A stretch of 53,109 nucleotides of DNA from a virus (lineage: Duplodnaviria; Caudoviricetes): positions 1 to 53,109 of the IMG/VR virus record IMGVR_UViG_3300037421_000066. The stretch is one strand, 5' to 3'. The notes beneath the pieces are model-generated. The model was not told the DNA's origin. It did not search any database and saw only the letters and a program-made list of their open reading frames with translations. The first letter of the stretch is position 1; each line of letters starts with the position of its first letter. Positions 45,687 to 53,109 of the stretch are shown one piece after another. Position numbers and translations under genes: made by a program.

Positions 45687-46334
45687 TCATGCCGTCGGCG
45701 GCTCGTGGCCCCAGCGCCGCAGCTCAGCCAGCGCAGCGGCGAGGTAATCCGGGCGCGATCTAAGATCGTAGCCTGGTATATGCTTTTGCTTCCATCGCTC
45801 TACTGCGTCTTTAGCTTCCAGTATCGTCGCGAAAGACCCAAGGCAGTAACACACCCCGTCTACTCTCACCTGGGCGTAATAAGGCAATCTTCCTAAACGG
45901 TTAGCAGGGTAAACATTTTTAACGCCGGTTTTGGAGGATTTTGAAACCGGGGTATTGTGGCAGTTCACAGAATGCCTTACAACCCGGAGGTTTTCTCGCC
46001 TATTGTCTAGCTTGTTGCCATTTATATGGTCCACCTCGAAGCCTGGCGGGACATCCTCAATTATCTCTCGATGCAAGCGTATTTTTCGCCTTGACATAAC
46101 GTAGCCGGAGCCGTCGAGCCACCAGCGACGTCCTTCAAGGATGCTGCGATCTTTTTCGTCTACTAAGACTCCTTTAGGAACATACGCAGGTCCTCTGGGA
46201 GCGCGCGATTGGTGACGACGGACAAATGTATTCCAATGCCCTTCGTAGACTGTCCATTCTGTAGCGTTGCCACATCCACACGCGCAGAGAGGGGGGCTTT
46301 GATCCAGGGGTTTAGCGTACCGATATTTTCCCAT
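45687..46334 (-). CDS. HNH endonuclease with AP2-like C-terminus and CACGCG N-domain
   Basis: VDHINGNKLDNRRENLR, SKTGVKNV, LGSF....EA. Confidence 0.9.
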   Translation of the reverse strand: MGKYRYAKPLDQSPPLCACGCGNATEWTVYEGHWNTFVRRHQSRAPRGPAYVPKGVLVDEKDRSILEGRRWWLDGSGYVMSRRKIRLHREIIEDVPPGFEVDHINGNKLDNRRENLRVVRHSVNCHNTPVSKSSKTGVKNVYPANRLGRLPYYAQVRVDGVCYCLGSFATILEAKDAVERWKQKHIPGYDLRSRPDYLAAALAELRRWGHEPPTA

Positions 46335-47247
46335 TTAGTTTGGGTCCTTGGGTATGCGCGGAGGAGCCTCTAGCCAGTCAACTCCAGGGGTGGAGCATCG
46401 GTCGCACGCGAAGCGCTCATCGCGGCGCAGAGGCTGTTGGCAGAAGGCGCAGGTTTTCATGCGTGGCCTCCAGGGTGAAGAATCGTGCATCCGAGGTCGT
46501 ACGCTGCGGCAACAAAAAGGACAAGTGAGATAAGGCAGACGCCTACGATAACTACTACCTGAACCCACATCGGCAGCTCACCCAAGAACAGCGGCGGCAG
46601 CTTAGAAACTAGCCAGTAGATGCCCGTAATAACGGCGACGAAGCCAATGATGACGCCAAAACCTACTAGGAAGCAAAGCGCGGCGCTCATACATCCTCTC
46701 CCAGCCCGGCAAGGCGGTCCTCGTAGCGTATGCCGTGAGGCGCGAGCCCCATTTCGGAGCGCACCCGCTCTCGCAGGTGGTCGTCGCAAAGCGCCAGGCG
46801 CTCGCATCCGTCAAGCGGCATTTCCTCGCCTCGGCAACGCCAACAGGCTAGGCTCGTCATTGCGAGCCCAGCGCGAGCCACGCCCCAGCCGCGAGGCAGA
46901 ACAGCAGGAACACGCCGACTAGCAGGTCCAGCCAAAACTCGCGCCGCTTCCAAGCTCGCCGGCGGTCAGCAACGCTGCTCATGATTCGCTTTCGATCGGC
47001 GGCCGCTTGCCGTTCGCGGGGGCGGGGCGGAGCGTAAAGTCCATCGCGGTCCAAAGCGGGAGCGCCTCGGGCAGCGTGACGTACAGCGTGGCGTCGTTCC
47101 CGGCCGCGATTTCGTGCCGGTATCCGCCGCCCAGGTTCGTCACGCCGACCGCGTGAACGCCCACGACTTCGCCGAAAAACGTCCGCTCTTGCGTCGCGGA
47201 AGCCTCTGGTGTACGATTCATGCGGGACCTTTCTTTCGAAGTGTTGA

Positions 47248-47499
47248 TCAGGCTGAGGCCCGGGGACCTAAACCTCGGGCCTCAGGCATGCCCTGGGCCG
47301 GAATCCGAGCGCCGTCCTCGCTCTGCTCGCCATTACGCTGCGAGCGACGATTCCCCAATACTGCGTCGGTCTTAGCCTCAAGCGCCGTGAAGGCGAATGT
47401 CGAGAGGGTCAGGCCGAGCGCCTTGGCCGCCCGGATGATGCGCCGCTTCTGCTTGTCCGTCACGCGCACCGCGATGGTTGCCGAGCGGATTGGAGTCAT
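47248..47499 (-). CDS. Ribbon-helix-helix regulator (DUF1778-like, leaderless)
   Basis: RSATIAVRVTDKQKRRIIRAAKALGLTLSTF. Confidence 0.8.
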   Translation of the reverse strand: MTPIRSATIAVRVTDKQKRRIIRAAKALGLTLSTFAFTALEAKTDAVLGNRRSQRNGEQSEDGARIPAQGMPEARGLGPRASA

Positions 47500-47505
47500 G
47501 CCTAG

Positions 47506-47544
47506 ATTGTATCACGGACGTTTCACGGCGTCAAACGTTTCACG
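47506..47544 (-). promoter_or_regulatory. Sigma70 promoter TTGACG-N17-TACAAT with two ACGTTTCACG operator repeats
   Basis: -10 47506-47511, -35 47529-47534; repeats at 47518 and 47535. Confidence 0.8.
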
Positions 47545-47558
47545 CCTGCGTTGAACAC

Positions 47559-47592
47559 AAAAAAGAGAGGCCCGCATCGCTGCGAGCCCCTC
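47559..47592 (-). terminator. Intrinsic terminator
   Basis: GAGGGGCTCGCA-GCGA-TGCGGGCCTCTC followed by TTTTTT on the - strand. Confidence 0.8.
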
Positions 47593-48025
47593 GTCCCCAC
47601 TGCTTGCTCAGGAGTGCCGGAGGTCTACGCCTCGGCGGTCGGCTGCACCTCTCGCCGGCGGCGCTGCTTGGGTGGCGCGCAGGCGGGATGCTCGGCGTCG
47701 TCGAGGCTTCGCCCGCAGAGGCAGACGCTGGCGATCCGCTCCCGCAGCGGACGAGCGTCGAGGCCCAGGCCGTAGCTCGGCGCGGGGGATTTCATGCGGG
47801 CACCGCTTCGCGGTCCGCCAGCGCCTTCCGCGTTTCGATGAAGTGCTGGGTGCACAGCGCGCTTTTTGTGTCGAACGGGTGCGCGTGGCGAGCTCGGCGC
47901 GAGCAGCGGCGGAAGCCGTCAGTCGAACCGTCCTTTGCCGCGTAGTTGGCATCATTCGGGTAGCGGTCCCGGACCATTCGTGAGCATCTAATCATGGCTT
48001 TGGAGTCCTTCTTTCTGTGAGGCGA

Positions 48026-48334
48026 TTAGGGGCGGGGTTCGAGGGCATCGGAGAGCTTGCGGGCCAGGCCGTCGAGCACCTCGGCGCGAACCTCGGCCGC
48101 GCGCTCGCGGACCGGCTCGAGCGCCGCTTCGGTGAACGGGTCGGGCGGGGCTTGCGGGGCAGGCGCAGCGGTCGGCGCGAGGCTCGGCGGCGGCGCAGGC
48201 TTGCGGCGGCGGGCTGCGCGGGTCAGCGTGGCCCGCGCCCATTCCGCGACCGGAGTATCGCCCGCGGCGGCCTTGAACGCCTCGCGGTCAGCGGGCGCAA
48301 TCGGCACGGTCAGGCGGTCAGTATAGCGGGGCAT
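48026..48334 (-). CDS. RHH-like DNA-binding protein
   Basis: RLTVPIAPADREAFKAAAG..PVAEWARATL. Confidence 0.65.
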   Translation of the reverse strand: MPRYTDRLTVPIAPADREAFKAAAGDTPVAEWARATLTRAARRRKPAPPPSLAPTAAPAPQAPPDPFTEAALEPVRERAAEVRAEVLDGLARKLSDALEPRP

Positions 48335-50846
48335 TAGCGCGCCTCCCGGTTCGGCGTGGTCGTCGGCACTTCGCCGCTTAGCGCCGCGCGAATCCTGGCG
48401 AACGAAAGCTCCATGAGCTCGTGAACCTTGCTTCCTTCGGGCCGCAGTTCGCTTGGCGCGATTGACATTATACGGTCCATCGCGGTGAAGGCAGCGGTGA
48501 TGCGGCGCTGGTACTCGCGAACGTCTGCGCTTAGCTTCAGAAGATCGGGCACGCGCTCCAACCCTTGTGGGCCACAGGAACAGGGAAAGGGGCCCGTTGC
48601 TCCTACTGATTTTTCGACGCAGGCTTGAGTATGCTGATACACGGCGGCCTCAAGGCAGGCGGTATGCCAATACCGCTCTTCGTACTCGTCGTCAAATCCG
48701 ATTGGCTCATCGCAACCCTGGCAACGATCCACGGCAACAAGCATTTTAGTCATCTCCATCCTGTGTCGGAAGCGGTCCACCGTAATGCGTTGGTGCAACG
48801 TGCCGTCGCCCAAGGTGCCTCTCGGCACATTCCTGGCAAACCTTGTCGAACGCATCCCAAATCCGCCTGTTTTCCGCTTCGAGGGCCAAGTTTTCGCCCC
48901 GCTTGGCCTCCAGCATATCGTGAAGCTCGTGGACCCTTTCGCTGAGTAAGCGGATACTGCTAGCGGCTTCAACGAGAGTCATGCGAATGTTTTGATGCGC
49001 TTCTTTCTTGGAGAGGCGCTCTAAATCGGCAGCAAGGGTAAAGGCGGAACTTCTCATTAGCATTATGGCCCCACAATCTTGGCAAGGTGGCTTTCGCCGT
49101 GAACGTCACAGGGAGCCAACGGCGGGTTTTCGTGGTCGGGATGGTAGCACGCCATTGGAATCGGCACGTCGCGCCACAGGTAGAACGGCGGCTCTCCGCT
49201 GGCGTATGGCGAGCGGTAGCCAGCCGAAGCAAAGTATATCGCGCAATCCATACACCACAGGTCGTCGCGTTCAGGGTCGTATGCGACCGCGTGCGCGTCG
49301 TGACCGGCGTGCGTCGAGCGTATCCACCGCTCCGCCTCGATGCGGTCGCGGAGCTTCTCAGCCTCTTTCCAGCTCATCGAATATAGACCTCAATATCATT
49401 TGCTATAGCTAGGAGCTCATCGCGGGTTTCGGGCCAAAGCCATTGAATCGACATATCCTGCGTGTAGGTGATCGCTATGTCGTCGCCGTGCGCCGGGATA
49501 ACCTCGCACGTTTCCGCGACAGTACGCAGCCATGCCGCCGTGTTCTTCCAATCGCGCCCGATACTCATACCCTTATCGCGGCTCATCGGTCGTCGTCCGC
49601 ATAGTAGCGGCCATCGAGGCCGCGCCGCACAGCATCGTCGGTCGCGACGCCACGCATCGGCTCGTCCGATTGCTCGACGGCGATGCTGCTCCCGTTGTCG
49701 AACTCGATGCGATCTTGTGGTTCGGGAACATCAGCTCGAATTGAGGTTACAGCCTCTTTGTCTTTACGCCTATGCTTCGCCGCGTCTTGCTCCCATTCGA
49801 CTCCAGCCTTGAAGGCTCGCCGAGCTTCAGATTCCGCGACAACCAATGCCATTGCATCGCTTGCTTTCGTTCCGCTTGGCGGCCTAAAATCCCGTTTCAC
49901 GATGTAGCACTCAACGGCGGCTTCTAGGTCGTCACTCATAGTGTTCCCTCGATAATCGCGCGCGCCGTCGGATCCTTCATGCATAGCGTACAGGAACAGG
50001 CTGCGACCGGGTGCGATACGTTCGGGTCGTGCGCGAAGCCGTCGTTTTGAGCTACTCGCCACCGGGCGCGGATACACCGGCACGTTATCGGCGCAATTAG
50101 GTCGCCTGAGCAGACGAACCCGGCGTCGCCTAGCCGTTCGCATTTCACGTGCATCTTCCTTCGCAAATCCGGCTTGAAAGCATCGTGTCGCGGAAGTGGA
50201 GCGGCGTCTTGTTGCGTCCGCCACAGACCGGGCATTCCGACACGTATTCGGTGAGGAGGTTCCCAGGCGCGGCATCGAGCTCTTCGCGCGTGTAGAGTTG
50301 GCCATCGGGGTCTTTATACATTGGCTGCCTTTCTTGCGGCTAAGACGATCGGCAGGGAGCCGGTGCGGTTCCATTTCGAGCCGTCCTTGCCTTCGACGAT
50401 CGAGGCGTCGGAATTGGTGCGATAGGTGCGGCCATCGTGGGTGAACTCTGCCATCTTTGCGTCGCGCAAGGCTTCCTGCAGCATCGGCGACGGCGCTAGC
50501 GTCCGCTTCTCGCGGGCGGAGAGCTTGTAACGATACTGTGTCATGCTAGGGCCTCCATATCTTCCCAAGCAATCGCGAACGATGCTTCGAGAAGCGGGTG
50601 TTCCTGGTATTCGTTCGCGCGGTCGAGCTCGTAGCGCACGTCGGCTAGCGTTTCGCGCAGGCCGTTTAGCGTCAAGCTCGGCCGCGAGCTCGCCTGGCTA
50701 AGGATGCGCGCGATATACGAGCAGCCATCCTGACCGGCATAGCGCGCGAGCCGATCGGCGATGAACCGGAGCTTGCGGTCGGGGCGCGGGTCGGCCGCGT
50801 AGTCGCGTAGGCCGGAGCCGGTATCGAGAAGCAAAGAGTTCAGCAT
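48334..50846 (-). other. Operon of ~8-9 small coupled hypothetical early genes (e.g. 48334-48753, 48746-49063, 49063-49377, 49374-49586, 49583-49939, 50314-50544, 50541-50846)
   Basis: Chain of overlapping start/stop codons downstream of the promoter at 50871-50899. Confidence 0.6.
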
Positions 50847-50870
50847 TGTGGAGTTCCTTTCTGTATCTAC

Positions 50871-50899
50871 ATTGTACTCCCAAATGTACTCCCGTGCAA
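50871..50899 (-). promoter_or_regulatory. Sigma70 promoter TTGCAC-N17-TACAAT with TGTACTCCC x2
   Basis: Consensus spacing; repeats at 50873 and 50885; AAAGGA RBS before ATG 50846. Confidence 0.8.
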
Positions 50900-50948
50900 G
50901 GGGTTCGCCAGCCTATTTTCGCGGCTAGCGCCCCAAACCGCCGCCAGC

Positions 50949-50979
50949 AAAGGAAAGGCCCGGGGGGTTAGGCCGGGCC
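50949..50979 (-). terminator. Probable intrinsic terminator
   Basis: GGCCCGG/CCGGGCC stem followed by TTTCCTTT. Confidence 0.55.
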
Positions 50980-51000
50980 GGGGGTTCGCTAGCTAGCTGG

Positions 51001-51492
51001 CTAGGCGGACGCTAGCGTATCGGCCTTGCGTCGCTTACGCCAGGCCTGCACGCGCGCGGTTTCCTTCGCCATGCAATCCTCGCAGAGGGTGCGGCCGGCT
51101 AGCGTAGGCCGCGCAAGGTAGCTAGGGCAGCGAGCGCAGAAGCCTTTCGCGCGGCGATCGGCCAGGATGCGCTTTTGGCGTTCGGCGTTCGATCCCATAT
51201 CCTCGTTATGGTACTGCGTCGAATCGAGGTTCGCAAGGGCCTCGCAGAGCAAGCCTTCGACGGTATCGAGCGGCAGCGTGTAGCCTGCCTTGCGAAGCAG
51301 CGAGCGAAGGCGCTCCGCCTCCGCCTTGTTGTAGGCGAACGCGCCTCGCTCACCGTTGCCGTAGGCGCCGCGAATATGCGCGTTGCCGTAGTCGTCGACG
51401 ATGACGGCCGTGCCCTTGTGCTCCGCCTCTCGAACGTCCTTGGCGAACGCGGCGACCTGCGCCTCGAGCTCGCGCGGCAGAGCGACTACCAT
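51001..51492 (-). CDS. Hypothetical protein with C-terminal CxxC...CxxC
   Basis: GFCARC...TLCEDC. Confidence 0.6.
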   Translation of the reverse strand: MVVALPRELEAQVAAFAKDVREAEHKGTAVIVDDYGNAHIRGAYGNGERGAFAYNKAEAERLRSLLRKAGYTLPLDTVEGLLCEALANLDSTQYHNEDMGSNAERQKRILADRRAKGFCARCPSYLARPTLAGRTLCEDCMAKETARVQAWRKRRKADTLASA

Positions 51493-51697
51493 GCGAAGCC
51501 TGCCGGAGCGTCGAGCAGAGGTTCGCATTCGTGGCATTCGGAATCGATCGCCGCGCCATGCTCGCACGTCTCGAATAGCGCCCGAGGGAGGGCGGAGGCC
51601 GGCGAACCGGCCCCCTTGCGGATGTCGGCGAGCTCCTGGGATAGCGGGCGGCCGGAGGCAAACGCGGTTCGCTCGGCCGCGGCGATGAATAGGTCGC

Positions 51698-52096
51698 TCA
51701 TGAGGCCACCTGCTTGTAGTAGCCAGGAAGCGCGGCCGCGAAGCGTTGCATCTGGTAAACGCACGATCCGTAGGCTGGAGGAGGAACGACGGAGAGAGGC
51801 CCGCGCGTGATTGCGTCCTCGAATGAGAGCTCGCGCAGAATCCAGCCTGCGGGCGCTCCTGTCCGCCAATCGCGCCGCGAGATAGTGTCTAGGATTCCGA
51901 AAAGCACCTGCTCCTTCGCCATCTCTCGCTCGCGCGCCGCGTTAATGCGCGCTTCGATTCCGCGATGCTTGTAGCTGAGGGTGACGTAGTAAGGCGCGCC
52001 GTACTTGGATTCGGCGTCGCGAATGAGGGTATCCGTGCGCTCCTTAGCCTTTAGCCAGGCTTCGCGCGCCGCGTAAAACTTGGTCCGGTAATCCAT
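51698..52096 (-). CDS. Hypothetical protein
   Basis: AAGGGA RBS; 132 aa. Confidence 0.7.
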   Translation of the reverse strand: MDYRTKFYAAREAWLKAKERTDTLIRDAESKYGAPYYVTLSYKHRGIEARINAAREREMAKEQVLFGILDTISRRDWRTGAPAGWILRELSFEDAITRGPLSVVPPPAYGSCVYQMQRFAAALPGYYKQVAS

Positions 52097-52152
52097 TGTT
52101 GAGGTCCCTTCTGCCGGTTGAGGCCGGCGGCAGTATGGCGAGGGCCGGCGCG

Positions 52153-52284
52153 CTAGTGATCCTTATTGTGCTCGCGGAGCTCGCGATCGTACTCGTCGCG
52201 CGCGGACACTTGCTTGGAACGGCGCGCCTTTTGCGCCTTGATAGCCGCGAGAATCTGCTCGCGAACGGTCTGGTGCTTATCCAT
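52153..52284 (-). CDS. 43-aa leaderless first early gene (MDKHQTVREQILAAIKAQKARR...)
   Basis: Below the ORF-track cutoff; ATG 7 nt downstream of TAACAT. Confidence 0.55.
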   Translation of the reverse strand: MDKHQTVREQILAAIKAQKARRSKQVSARDEYDRELREHNKDH

Positions 52285-52290
52285 GTACCC

Positions 52291-52319
52291 ATGTTACCAT
52301 AATGGATACCATAACGCAA
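52291..52319 (-). promoter_or_regulatory. Sigma70 promoter TTGCGT-N17-TAACAT with TACCATAA x2
   Basis: Repeats at 52295 and 52307. Confidence 0.7.
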
Positions 52320-52507
52320 GAGGGCGCGGAAAGATACTTGCGCGTACTTGACATGAGGGCGTAGAATGCAAGAAGCCCGCGGCCTCAACTCCGCGAGCTT
52401 CCAAAAGGTCGTGCTGGCGACCCGCGCCAAGTCTACCACGGAAACCGCCAGCACGCAAGAAAGGCGGTTTTGTTATGGTTCGAGGGAAAGGCGCGACCGG
52501 GTGCGCG

Positions 52508-52693
52508 ATGCAACTCGTTCGCATTCCTCGCCACAAGCCGCGCAAGAAGGTTCTGCAGCGCCGCGCCGCCGTTAAGGCCGCGATCGCGCGCTATTGCCCA
52601 GGGTGCAGCACGCCTTTGATCCGAACGCGCCGGCCGAACGAAGAAGCCTGGCGGATGACCTGCTCGAGCTTCTGCGGATTCGAGGCCGCCTAA
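52508..52693 (+). CDS. Small zinc-ribbon protein
   Basis: YCPGCSTPL...TCSSFCGF; divergent promoter candidate TTGCGC-N18-TAGAAT at 52338-52367. Confidence 0.55.
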   Translation: MQLVRIPRHKPRKKVLQRRAAVKAAIARYCPGCSTPLIRTRRPNEEAWRMTCSSFCGFEAA

Positions 52694-52982
52694 CGCACGC
52701 CGCCAAGACGCCTTCACCGCGTCGAACCTCTGGAGCTCGCCGGCGCCCGCCTGAGCTCGAGGCCGATGGGAAGGAGAACCTACGGAGAGGATGGGCGAAC
52801 TGCGCCCGCTAGGGCGCGCTACCTTCAGGACGACCGGAGGGAGGACAACCCGGAGGGTTTCTGGCCTGAGGCCAGGGCGGAGCCGCCACGAGCCAACAGC
52901 AGGAGCGGCCTTAGAAGGCCGCGACCGACACGCGAAGCGCCATAGCTCGTCGTAATGCTCCGCAATTGACTCTCCCTCCGCC

Positions 52983-53109
52983 CGCCTCTCTGCCGGCACG
53001 AGCATCCGCCCGCGCGCCGAGGCCGAACGGCGCTGGCAGGTCGATACCCCCGAGCAGTGTGTTTGCGAGCGAAAGACTCATGCTGGGCTTCGCCCTTTGC
53101 AAAAAAAAA
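52983..53109. repeat. Terminal direct repeat (copy 2)
   Basis: Identical to 1-127. Confidence 0.95.

Noticed and set aside
52470-52500. GGTTCGA as a tRNA T-loop
   Set aside because: No cloverleaf or acceptor stem around it

Overview
This window is most likely a complete, circularly permuted ~53.0 kb genome of a tailed dsDNA phage. Bases 1-127 are repeated exactly at 52983-53109, which looks like an assembly overlap. The layout is podovirus-like. The + strand (~0.4-33.7 kb) carries TerS/TerL, portal, scaffold, major capsid, decoration, beta-helix tailspike, adaptor, nozzle, internal/ejection proteins and lysis genes. The - strand (~33.7-52.3 kb) carries a resolvase, DNA methylase, a replication initiator with internal iterons, a recombination protein, a Cas4-like nuclease, two HNH-AP2 nucleases, RHH regulators and many small ORFs. 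I see no integrase, tape measure, polymerase, tRNA or CRISPR array. A lipoprotein phosphoesterase/phospholipase C moron resembles, from memory, paralogues of Eremiobacterota/Vulcanimicrobiota, so that is the inferred host. The most striking feature is a set of three structural-module genes (6810, 19651, 29263) with classical Sec signal peptides and even numbers of cysteines; two share an N-terminal domain and carry phage fibre motifs. Separately, one sheath-type domain is inserted into three different virion proteins (decoration, adaptor, nozzle). Together these suggest virion fibres that are exported, disulfide-folded outside the cytoplasm and docked onto particles at or after lysis (hypothesis). 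Also notable: a 19-bp late-promoter motif in 3 copies, leaderless promoters, a start-less M15 peptidase domain in the -1 frame behind an ejection protein, a TerL N-terminus with no in-frame start, a shared N-terminal motif on putative internal proteins, and three protamine-like proteins. All family assignments are by eye; no searches were run.
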